Assembly (NCBI GenBank): GCA_016930515.1
Contig: JAFGGO010000120.1
Span: 1-11,297, forward strand
DNA: 11,297 nt
From: Promethearchaeota archaeon
GTDB lineage: Archaea > Asgardarchaeota > Lokiarchaeia > Sigyniarchaeales > SOKP01
Direction: 5' to 3'
Both the position numbers and the translations under genes were made by a program. Numbering within the stretch: position 1 is the first letter of the stretch; each line of letters starts with the position of its first letter. Below, one piece after another: positions 1 through 8,079 of the stretch. The notes beneath the pieces were generated by a model. The model did not search any database, was not told the DNA's origin, and saw nothing but the letters and a program-made list of their open reading frames with translations.

Positions 1-318
1 ATTGATATCGATAGTTATGGGTTGACAGCAAGTGATTTTTACGATTCCGATAAAGTTGTTCTTTTACGGTTTGCTTGCATGATAAAATCGAATAATTTTC
101 ATTCAATAGTAGATTGGAAAGATATATTTAAAAAATTTCCCATAGCATTCAAAGAATTTGAATCATTTTTTTCGAAAGAAAAAGTTGCGTGGCATATTGA
201 ACAATGTAGTTCGAATTTAAAATTAATTATTGATAAAATATTGACGGAATCGGAGTATATTGAGATTTTAAAAGAAAATGAAAAATTTTGGAAAGATTTT
301 CAGAATAAAATTAAATGA
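1..318 (+). CDS. Hypothetical protein, C-terminal part (5'-truncated by window edge)
   Basis: Frame 1 is open from base 1 (IDIDSYGLTASDFYDSDKVV...KDFQNKIK) to TGA at 316-318. The TTG at 22 is probably internal. No motif recognised. Confidence 0.65.
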   Translation: MDIDSYGLTASDFYDSDKVVLLRFACMIKSNNFHSIVDWKDIFKKFPIAFKEFESFFSKEKVAWHIEQCSSNLKLIIDKILTESEYIEILKENEKFWKDFQNKIK

Positions 319-551
319 TAAAATTGGAATAATTCAATGATAGTATCGAAAAAGAATGGGATAAAATTGCGGATCTTTTGATAAAAGCACCTCATACAAA
401 AAAAGATTACAGATATTGAGAAAATTATGGAATTGTTCTCCTTATATAATTAATGATTTGAATCATTTCTAATCTGTTTAAAAATAACTTTATGGAATAT
501 ATTTATTTTAATCAGTATTTTCTAAATCTAAAACCGTTTAATATTTTTGAC

Positions 552-994
552 ATGATCGTTAAGAAAGCAAAAATAAAGGATTTAGACGAGATTTTACAAC
601 TTCAACTACTTGCTTATCAAAGCGAAGCAGAAATTTACAACGATTTTACTATTCCACCATTGCATCAAACTTTCGACGATCTGAAAGACGAATATCCTTC
701 AAGAATCATGCTAAAAGCGATAGAGAACGGGAGAATAATAGGCTCGGTAAGAGCCTACGAGGAACGGGGAACTTGCTTTATCGGAAAGCTCATCGTACAT
801 CCAGATCACCAAAATATGGGGATAGGGACGGAGTTAATGCGCTCGATAGAGTCCCGCTGTAAAAATTGGACAAGATTTGAATTATTTACAGGCGAACGAA
901 GCGAGAAAAATTTACATCTATATAAAAAATGGGTTATTCCATTTTTAAGACAGAACGATTGACAGATAAAGTTACACTTAATTACCTGGAAAAA
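552..994 (+). CDS. GNAT-family N-acetyltransferase domain, split by a -1 frameshift at the A6 run 924-929
   Basis: MIVKKAKIKDLDEILQLQLLAYQSEAEIYNDFTIPPL start (ATG 552). Acetyl-CoA motif A is KLIVHPDHQNMGIGTELM, followed by ELFTGERSEKNLHLYKK. The expected GNAT ending (LYKK-xGY..LxYLEK) lies in the -1 frame: MGYSIFKTERLTDKVTLNYLEK (929-994). The 0-frame stops at 962 after an unrelated tail. Confidence 0.85.
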
Positions 995-1012
995 TCGAAT
1001 AAATGTTTTAAA

Positions 1013-1711
1013 ATGGACGAGATCCGAGCAAGGTTTGATAAGGATGCCCCAGTGTACGATTTTGATATAGTGAGACTAATACCATACTACGAAAAAATGC
1101 TTAACACTACAATAAAATCAATCCCTTTTAACCCGACTGAAAATATTAGAATTCTCGACTTGGGGTGTGGAACGGGTAATTTAACGCGAAAAGTAAAACT
1201 CGCCTTTCCAAATTCCAAAATCACCTGCCTCGATAATTCTCCACAAATGGTTGAACAAGCTCGCGAAAAACTCAAGGAATTCGACGAGATTACATTCCTC
1301 ATACAAGATTTCAACGAACTTTCCTTTCAAGAAAACTACAATGTCATAATCTCTTCATTGGCATTGCACCACCTTGTTTCTGACGATGAAAAAAAATGTA
1401 TTTATCGAAAAATTTATCATAGCTTAAACAATAAAGGTGTTTTTTTAAATTTTGATAACCTATTGGGTTCCAACGATTCGGTTCAAAAACAATATCTTAC
1501 CGAATGGACGGATTTTTTAAGAAAATCGTTTCCCGAGGAGCATATGCGATCGATTCTCGAATAGCATTACGAAGAGGATTCCCCTGCGAAAATTTTTGAC
1601 CATTTAAAATGGTTGGAGGAAATTGGGTACAAAGATGTTGATGTGGTTCTTAAATACTATAATTTTGGTGTTTACGGAGGTTTTAAATCTCAATTATCTC
1701 TTTTAAAGTAG
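1013..1711 (+). CDS. Class I SAM-dependent methyltransferase (CmoA-like / Methyltransf_25-type) with in-frame TAG at 1562-1564; in frame with the GNAT tail
   Basis: Motif I is ILDLGCGTG, then [15 protein letters not shown] and ISSLALHHL. After TAG 1562 the frame runs 48 more codons, [48 protein letters not shown], which is the typical C-terminus of this family, to TAG 1709-1711. The next in-frame TAA is at 1742-1744. Confidence 0.85.
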
Positions 1712-1765
1712 GGAGAAAAAACTAATATGTTTGTTTTATCATAACTAATTATTAAAAAATAAAAT

Positions 1766-1772
1766 AGGTGAT
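1766..1772 (+). promoter_or_regulatory. Shine-Dalgarno-like site AGGTGAT
   Basis: Complementary to the archaeal 16S 3' end (AUCACCU). It lies 7 nt upstream of an ATA at 1780 that is in frame with the MBL gene. Confidence 0.55.
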
Positions 1773-1779
1773 TTGACTA

Positions 1780-2664
1780 ATAGTAGTAGATGTTCAGCGA
1801 CATGTTAATAACCAGATTTTGGAATGGAAATGGGCCAGCAATGACTCAATAATGGAAAGACCGTTCTGGACTTCGTTATATTTAGTAGATCGCGTGTTAA
1901 TTGATTGCGGAGCACCTGGTAGCGTTGAGGAACTAGATCATTTTTTCCAAGGCTTATCCGAAGAGCAATTTCCGGTTGCGTGTTATCTGACCCATGCACA
2001 CGAAGATCACGCGGGGACGGGTCATTTTCTAACCAAAAAATACGGAATCCCTGTTTATTGCCCCCTGGAATCAGTTTCCCTATTAAAAGAGGGTTGGGAT
2101 TATAAGGAATATAGAAAAATGACATGGGGCAAGACCGGAGTCATTGGGTTTGATGCGATACCATATGAAACTCACTTTGAAACACCATCAGGCTTTTTAT
2201 TTGACACGCTTCCCATGCCGGGCCATTCTCCCGATCTTCACGCATTTATCGAGAAAAAAAAAGGTTGGGCTTTCTTGGGAGATATGATGCAGCCACAATA
2301 CCAAATGCTTTTTGGACACACATGCGAGATTCAAGAAGACATCAAGATTATCGTGGAATCGTTAAAAAAGCTATACAAATTTACTGATGGAATACAAGAT
2401 TTACAAATGTTCGTTTCAGGTAGGGGAGTTTTTTTTGGACGAGAGCTAATACGGACTCGGATCCAAGAAATACACGATCTCCATCAAAAAATCCACGAGG
2501 CCAATGCAAAATTAGAACCCGAATTGAAACCTGCGAGAAAAATGAAAAGACTCTTAAAAGTGTTATTTGGAGGGGAAAGTCTCATTGGCAAAATGACGGG
2601 AGGAGAGCTTTCTCGGGCAAACATGATAATTTCTTACTTGAAATGGCCACTTGAAGGATATTAA
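1780..2664 (+). CDS. Metallo-beta-lactamase-fold hydrolase
   Basis: VLIDCG, THAHEDHAG (HxHxDH), PGHSPD and FLGD motifs; TAA stop. The frame is open back to 1777. The start is uncertain (ATA 1780 or TTG 1819). Confidence 0.9.
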   Translation: MVVDVQRHVNNQILEWKWASNDSIMERPFWTSLYLVDRVLIDCGAPGSVEELDHFFQGLSEEQFPVACYLTHAHEDHAGTGHFLTKKYGIPVYCPLESVSLLKEGWDYKEYRKMTWGKTGVIGFDAIPYETHFETPSGFLFDTLPMPGHSPDLHAFIEKKKGWAFLGDMMQPQYQMLFGHTCEIQEDIKIIVESLKKLYKFTDGIQDLQMFVSGRGVFFGRELIRTRIQEIHDLHQKIHEANAKLEPELKPARKMKRLLKVLFGGESLIGKMTGGELSRANMIISYLKWPLEGY

Positions 2665-2716
2665 TATAGACATAGTCTCATGCTTGTTAAAATAAATATA
2701 TTCAGACTTCGTAAAA

Positions 2717-3409
2717 ATGAAAGAGTGCATTAATTTAGATAAAGTCGCTTTAATAGGAAGAACTTACCAAGAATACGAGAAAATGTTCCGTCTTAAGGAT
2801 TTTTCGTCCTCCAAAGCGAGAATCTTGGATGTTGGGGCGGGTGTGAGTTCTTTTTGTGCTGAAGCAAATAATAAAGGATTAAAAGCTGTAGCTTTAGATC
2901 CAATCTACGAGCACGAGCAAAGCACGCTTGAAAAGTGCTGCAAGATCGACTTGGAAAAGGTTATTCGCGAACTTGATGGTGTTGAACATTTGTATATTTG
3001 GGATATATTTCGCACGAAAGACGCCTTGAAAAAACAAAGAGAAAAAGCCTATAAATATTTCTTGGAAGATTACAGGCGTAATAATTTTAAATATCTCGCA
3101 GGAAAAATGCCCGAGACTGGTTTTAAGGATCGTCAATTTGACATCGTTCTCTCTTCGCACCTGTTATTCATCTACGAGCACTTTTTTGATTACGAGTTTC
3201 ACTTGAAAACGATTAAGGAAATGCTTAGAATATCGTCGAACGAGGTAAGAATATTTCCTCTCGTTAACTTGAAGGGTCAAAAAAGTAAATATGTCGAAAA
3301 ACTTCTTGAAGATGGAAAGTATTTAGGTTTCAATATTTCAATCGAGAAGGTGAATTACGAATTTATAAGAAACGGCAACGAAATGATGAGAGTAACCGTA
3401 TATTATTAA
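2717..3409 (+). CDS. Class I SAM-dependent methyltransferase
   Basis: N-terminal GRTYQEYEKMF, motif I ILDVGAGVSSF, ALDPIY, FDIVLSSHLLFIY, EMLRIS.EVRIFPL. Confidence 0.85.
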   Translation: MKECINLDKVALIGRTYQEYEKMFRLKDFSSSKARILDVGAGVSSFCAEANNKGLKAVALDPIYEHEQSTLEKCCKIDLEKVIRELDGVEHLYIWDIFRTKDALKKQREKAYKYFLEDYRRNNFKYLAGKMPETGFKDRQFDIVLSSHLLFIYEHFFDYEFHLKTIKEMLRISSNEVRIFPLVNLKGQKSKYVEKLLEDGKYLGFNISIEKVNYEFIRNGNEMMRVTVYY

Positions 3410-3480
3410 AAGTAATCAATTTATTTATCAATTAGATTCATTAGAACGCATCTAAATTGTTAGAGATTTAATCCATGGTA

Positions 3481-3492
3481 AAGTTTATATTA
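3481..3492 (+). promoter_or_regulatory. Candidate archaeal BRE/TATA box (AAG-TTTATAT)
   Basis: Purine run followed by TTTATAT (3484-3490), about 50 nt upstream of ATG 3540. Weak evidence in an AT-rich background. Confidence 0.35.
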
Positions 3493-3539
3493 TGAGCTTT
3501 GTATTAGGTATTAAATTTAAAAAATTAGCATAAAAATCC

Positions 3540-4397
3540 ATGAACGATATCATCTATTTAGGGCTTCTCAGTTTAATTGTAATCAGAATCCTTGCCTTGA
3601 TGGCATCAATCGATTTTTATTTCGTGACTAAGAATGAAAGGATTGCATGGTTCTCGATTGGATGGGTTTTTCAAATTCTTGCAGGTTTTTGTCCCATTAT
3701 TGCAGCAATGTTAACACAAATAGAATATTCTCAATTCTTCTTGTTTTTAAACAGCATTTTCATTTCAATAGGTTCATCAGTGGTTATCACGACAATGCTT
3801 GAATATTTCATTAAAATAAGAAAACGAGTTATTGTTATTGTAATCATCATCTTAACGACAATTTCAACATTTCTTTATATTGGATTTGAAGACCCTTCAG
3901 TATCCATCCGTTTTAGCAGTACCTTCATAAACGGTTTTTCCATTCTGTATGCGCTCGTCCCATTATTCAAATTAAAAACCTTTAAGAATACAATAGGTAA
4001 TAGCGCCCGATGGTATTTTGTGTTCTTAATACTTTTATTGGGTTTCATTCCCATTATATTGATCATTTATTTAAGAGGGTATAATTTCGGGTTGTACAAT
4101 AGTGACGATCCCGCTTTAACCATATTTAATTACGCCTATTCGATTCTCATATCGACTGTTCAACTCGTTTTTATCGTCCATATCGAATTTAACCAGAGAT
4201 ATAATATAAACGCAACCCTTAAAGATAAGTATTCACATGAGTTAGGAAATATTTTACAAATTCTTTATACTTCAATCCAACTCGTAAAAAAAAAAGAAAT
4301 TACTGCGGAAGAAATAAACGAGTTATTAGATTTATCTGAAGAAAAGTGCGTTTCTGCTTCAGAATTTTTAAAAAATATAAAAAAATATGATATTTAA
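3540..4397 (+). CDS. 7-transmembrane membrane protein with C-terminal HisKA-like (H-box) helical hairpin, no HATPase_c domain
   Basis: About seven hydrophobic segments in aa 1-215, then KDKYSHELGNILQILYTSIQL (H233, codon 4236-4238) and a second helix. The protein ends at aa 285. Confidence 0.75.
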   Translation: MNDIIYLGLLSLIVIRILALMASIDFYFVTKNERIAWFSIGWVFQILAGFCPIIAAMLTQIEYSQFFLFLNSIFISIGSSVVITTMLEYFIKIRKRVIVIVIIILTTISTFLYIGFEDPSVSIRFSSTFINGFSILYALVPLFKLKTFKNTIGNSARWYFVFLILLLGFIPIILIIYLRGYNFGLYNSDDPALTIFNYAYSILISTVQLVFIVHIEFNQRYNINATLKDKYSHELGNILQILYTSIQLVKKKEITAEEINELLDLSEEKCVSASEFLKNIKKYDI

Positions 4398-4508
4398 CCA
4401 TTATAGGAGTGCTATCCTTTTCATCTTATCATTACACATTTAATAAGAATGTTCTTTATTAAGGCAATTCTAAGAAAAATAATTAAAACTATATTCAGTC
4501 AAAATTTA

Positions 4509-4534
4509 AATGTAATATCTATTTCATTTACATT
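4509..4534. promoter_or_regulatory. Inverted repeat AATGTAA-N12-TTACATT, candidate TetR operator
   Basis: Perfect 7-bp arms at 4509-4515 and 4528-4534. It overlaps a TTTAAA TATA-like element (4505-4510) just upstream of the TetR gene. Confidence 0.35.
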
Positions 4535-4570
4535 GTTAAACGGTTGGATTTAAAATATTATTTGTTCAAA

Positions 4571-5248
4571 ATGGAAGAAAAGAAAACAAAAGCAAGAACC
4601 GAAGAAGAGAAAGCCGAACAATACGAGCGAATTCTTGACGCAGGGAAAGAGTTATTTATTAGTGGCGGAGGCTTTTCCATGCGAGCCTTAGCGAGAAAAT
4701 TGGGCATGTCAGAAGCATTTGTATACAATTACATTTCGAGCAAGAGAGAGTTATGGATCGGCATTCGCAAGCGTTATTTCACGCAATATCAAGAAGGATT
4801 ACAAAATCTAATCGATACTAATGAGGGAGCAAGCGTGGTCGATCTGTTTATCGCGTGGGTGCGCTTTTTTTTAGAGTTTGCAGCAGCGGATTATAATAGG
4901 TTTAAAATGATGTTTCTTGTAAACGCACCTCGTTCTAATAAAGTCGGACCTTTAGAAAAGAATTACAAGCGATTTAATTTGTTCGAGACCGGCATTCAAC
5001 AGATAAAAGATGTCCTTAAAAAAAACAATCTTAGTCTTTCGAATGTCGAAAAAACGATGTATTTCCTATTTTCAGTCGTTTTTGGTACTGCTAAAATCGA
5101 AGCAGACATCAGGCTTCGCTATGACATAACAGAACCACTTAGTCCAAGCTTATCTGCAATTAATCAAGAAGAACTCAGGAAATACACCATAAGCAAGGTA
5201 AGAGAATTTATAGAAAGCGATATTAAGGCAAATAATCCTGATTATTAA
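4571..5248 (+). CDS. TetR/AcrR-family transcriptional regulator
   Basis: N-terminal HTH ERILDAGKELFISGGGFSMRALARKLGMSEAFVYNYISSKREL, then a helical C-terminal ligand domain (YNRFKMMF). ATG 4571 is preferred over TTG 4544. Confidence 0.92.
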   Translation: MEEKKTKARTEEEKAEQYERILDAGKELFISGGGFSMRALARKLGMSEAFVYNYISSKRELWIGIRKRYFTQYQEGLQNLIDTNEGASVVDLFIAWVRFFLEFAAADYNRFKMMFLVNAPRSNKVGPLEKNYKRFNLFETGIQQIKDVLKKNNLSLSNVEKTMYFLFSVVFGTAKIEADIRLRYDITEPLSPSLSAINQEELRKYTISKVREFIESDIKANNPDY

Positions 5249-5273
5249 GAATAATTTTCATACAAATTTAAGT

Positions 5274-5292
5274 AAAAAACGATTGTTTTTTT
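5274..5292. terminator. Bidirectional A-tract/T-tract terminator candidate between convergent genes
   Basis: AAAAAAC-GATT-GTTTTTTT gives an oligo-U on either strand. It sits between the TetR stop (5248) and the YdjM-like stop (5342). Confidence 0.5.
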
Positions 5293-5341
5293 GTCAATTT
5301 TGAATTAAGAAGGAATTATAGTCTCAAGCTTTAATAAATAT

Positions 5342-6280
5342 TTAAAATCGCCCGCGACCTTGTTTTATTGATAATAAGTCCTTATCTAAATGATTAAATG
5401 TTAGCTGAACATATAATGAGCTTTGTCGATTCATAATTTCCACGAAATACAATCTAACAATAAATTTATTTTGTTTTCTAATAAATACGGGAAATTTTGT
5501 CCATTTAGCAAAATAATAATCGTCGTTACACCATGCTAATCCCTTATTAAACAATTCTAATTCGTTTTCAGCTAATAAGACTGAATTATTATATATAATT
5601 TTTTTCTTGGAAAATAGATTGATTCTTTCGATGGATGAAATTATTTCTTTATCATCAATTTTATTGGAAAAAATGGTAAAATAAGATGGTAAAACACCTG
5701 GAAATACTTTTTCGCCATCGTTCAGGCGCAGGGAAACGAATATCTTTGAAAGAATACGAAAAGCGTAATAAATTAAGAATAAAGCGGTATACACATTTAT
5801 CAAGACAATATAAACGATAAAATCTACTGAATTATAAAATAAAACGACTATTAAGATCAGAAAAGCTAGTGAATTGATCATAGTGAACAAACTACCCGCT
5901 TTTTCAGCATTAAATGACACTTCTTTTTTAGAAATCGGGAAAAGGAAGGGGACGCTCGTCGTGGTCAATAAATCCATTGCTACATGTAGCCCATAAAACA
6001 CCATAGCCACGATCCAAGAAGAAAGAAAGGGTTGACGAAAAATTAAAGAATAAACACCTCCCACGACTAGAGAAATCAATGCTCCGATCACAAACGAGTG
6101 AGAACCACCACGGTGTTGGAGATATTTTGATTTAAATACTCGTTTTAAAGGTCCGAGAAATATGTCCAAGTCGGGCAAGATCACGCAGAAAACTGCCAAA
6201 AAGAAGAATTGGAGGTTCACATCTTTCATAAATACGAGATAAAGAAGCCCACCAAACAAGGCGTGAGTAAAAATATCCAT
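5342..6280 (-). CDS. YdjM-family membrane-bound metal-dependent hydrolase
   Basis: MDIFTHAL, LPDLD, HRGGSHS and HVAMDLLT..VPFLFP motifs with several TM segments, plus a soluble C-terminal extension. Confidence 0.88.
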   Translation of the reverse strand: MDIFTHALFGGLLYLVFMKDVNLQFFFLAVFCVILPDLDIFLGPLKRVFKSKYLQHRGGSHSFVIGALISLVVGGVYSLIFRQPFLSSWIVAMVFYGLHVAMDLLTTTSVPFLFPISKKEVSFNAEKAGSLFTMINSLAFLILIVVLFYNSVDFIVYIVLINVYTALFLIYYAFRILSKIFVSLRLNDGEKVFPGVLPSYFTIFSNKIDDKEIISSIERINLFSKKKIIYNNSVLLAENELELFNKGLAWCNDDYYFAKWTKFPVFIRKQNKFIVRLYFVEIMNRQSSLYVQLTFNHLDKDLLSIKQGRGRF

Positions 6281-6644
6281 GATAAAAATATGTTTTGATC
6301 GTTTTTATAGTACCTTATTTCAAAAAGTCTAAATTTGTCTAATTTTTTGTTAACTCCTCGTAATTGTTTTATTTGGATTGAATATTTAAATTAATGAATT
6401 TATTATTTTTTGTTTGAAAGCTTTATAGCATCAATAAAACGCCGACAAATTAAAGCATGACGAGCAAGATAAAACCAATATTTAAAGAATAATAGTATTA
6501 TTACATATTGCATATGAAATGATTACACTAACAGCACCTCTTGAAACTAAATTCTTCATTTCAAATTTAAAGTAAATATTATTAACCGTTTTTAATAATC
6601 AATTATTTACAAATATTTTTAAATCGCACAACTATTTGTGGATC

Positions 6645-8054
6645 ATGACATTCGAGCATTATGTCCCACTCTTAATAGTCGTTTTTTTCGCATTTACGAT
6701 TCCCATCGTAATTTCAAAAATAAAAAAATTCTCGATACCAATAGTCATTGGCGAGCTAGTAGTTGGGTTTATCATTGGACAGTCGGGATTTAATATCATT
6801 CAACAAGACGATCCGTGGTTAGAGTTTCTCAGGTTCTTGGGATTTGCCTTTTTGATGTTTCTATCTGGTATAGAAGTTGACTTCGAGCATTTATTACATC
6901 CCGAAATAAAAAAATCTATTAAAGCAAAAGTTAAAGAAAAATACATAAATAAAAGGTTCACGGAAGAAGAAAAGGAACTCATTCCAGAAAATAATGGTAT
7001 CAAAGAAGCTCCAAAATTGGAAAGAATCATTGCAAAATCTATCAACCAAAGAATTATGAAACATCGAGTACATAGGCATTGGAACTTTTCAGATCTGGAT
7101 ATTAGCAATAAACCATATCTCATTGGAGTCGTTTCTTATTTATTGACTCTGGGCTTATCTATTTCCTTAATGATCTTGCTTGCCTTTTTCCACCAACCGA
7201 TGAATTTTCTCTTTTTGGGAGTAATGTTTTCTACAACATCGGTCGGAATCGTTTTTCCCATATTATTTGAGCTAAAATTATCTGAGAGCGAATACGGACA
7301 GTCCATTCTCATTGTTTCTATAATTGCTGATTTCGTTTCAATGGTGCTCATCACTATATTATCAGCCTTGTTCGCTCAGGACGTCATACTCGTCCAATTT
7401 TTATTGGTTCCTTTGGTGTTTATTATTTTCATATCGTGCTTTCAAGCGATTAAGATACTAAAAAAGCATCCAAAATGGTATTCCAAACTCGTCGTAAAAG
7501 AAAAATCCACAACAGAAATAAAAGTCACTGGTTCCTTGTTCATGTTAATAATTTTCATTTTTTTATCCGAAGTTTTTGGCATAGAAATGATCTTAGGTGC
7601 ATTTATAGCGGGAATCTTAATATCGCTCATAAGCCCGTATCAAAAAGCTAAAGAACTTCACGAAAAACTCCATGGTATTGGTTATGGTTTTTTCATACCC
7701 ATATTCTTCATAATGGTGGGTGCCGAAATGAAAATCGAGGAGTTGTTTTCAAACTGGATTTCAATAGCTTTAGGCCTCACATTAATAGGCATCGCTTTTT
7801 TCGTAAAGATCCTTCCAAATTACATTTTGTATAGGAAAAAATACGGTGCGCGAGCGAGTATTGCTTCCGGCATCCTCCAATCGTCAAGGCTAAGCTTGAT
7901 CATCGCATCGGCAGAGATCGGATACTTAGGAGGTTTTTTATCGAAGACTATATTCGAATCGGCCGTGCTGATTGCCATCATAACTTCTGTCTTATCGCCT
8001 ATATTATTCTCTTACTTAAACAAGAAAGAAAAAAGGGAAGAAATTACCAAATAA
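6645..8054 (+). CDS. Monovalent cation:proton antiporter, CPA2 family (Na_H_Exchanger), without C-terminal RCK domains
   Basis: PIVIGELVVGFIIG, LGFAFLMFLSGIEVD, STTSVGIV.PIL.E, IIADF, GIEMILGAFIAG, GYGFFIPIFFIMVG, VKILP, SRLSLII; about 12-13 TM. ATG 6645 is preferred over TTG 6636. Confidence 0.93.
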   Translation: MTFEHYVPLLIVVFFAFTIPIVISKIKKFSIPIVIGELVVGFIIGQSGFNIIQQDDPWLEFLRFLGFAFLMFLSGIEVDFEHLLHPEIKKSIKAKVKEKYINKRFTEEEKELIPENNGIKEAPKLERIIAKSINQRIMKHRVHRHWNFSDLDISNKPYLIGVVSYLLTLGLSISLMILLAFFHQPMNFLFLGVMFSTTSVGIVFPILFELKLSESEYGQSILIVSIIADFVSMVLITILSALFAQDVILVQFLLVPLVFIIFISCFQAIKILKKHPKWYSKLVVKEKSTTEIKVTGSLFMLIIFIFLSEVFGIEMILGAFIAGILISLISPYQKAKELHEKLHGIGYGFFIPIFFIMVGAEMKIEELFSNWISIALGLTLIGIAFFVKILPNYILYRKKYGARASIASGILQSSRLSLIIASAEIGYLGGFLSKTIFESAVLIAIITSVLSPILFSYLNKKEKREEITK

Positions 8055-8079
8055 ATTGCTAAATAGAGATTTCTTATAC

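Noticed and set aside
492-551. N-terminal 20 aa of the listed GNAT ORF
   Set aside because: Very AT-rich, promoter-like sequence; family similarity begins at ATG 552.
960-962. TGA ending the GNAT 0-frame as a selenocysteine codon
   Set aside because: The conserved sequence has already moved to the -1 frame, there is no Cys-equivalent context, and no SECIS was recognised.
3540-4200. 7TM protein as a microbial rhodopsin or GPCR
   Set aside because: No retinal-binding Lys in helix 7 and no GPCR motifs; the H-box points to a histidine-kinase sensor origin.
6281-6644. Long divergent intergenic region as possible riboswitch or ncRNA upstream of the antiporter
   Set aside because: No convincing GC-rich stems or c-di-AMP/Na+ riboswitch consensus seen; it fits two divergent promoters.
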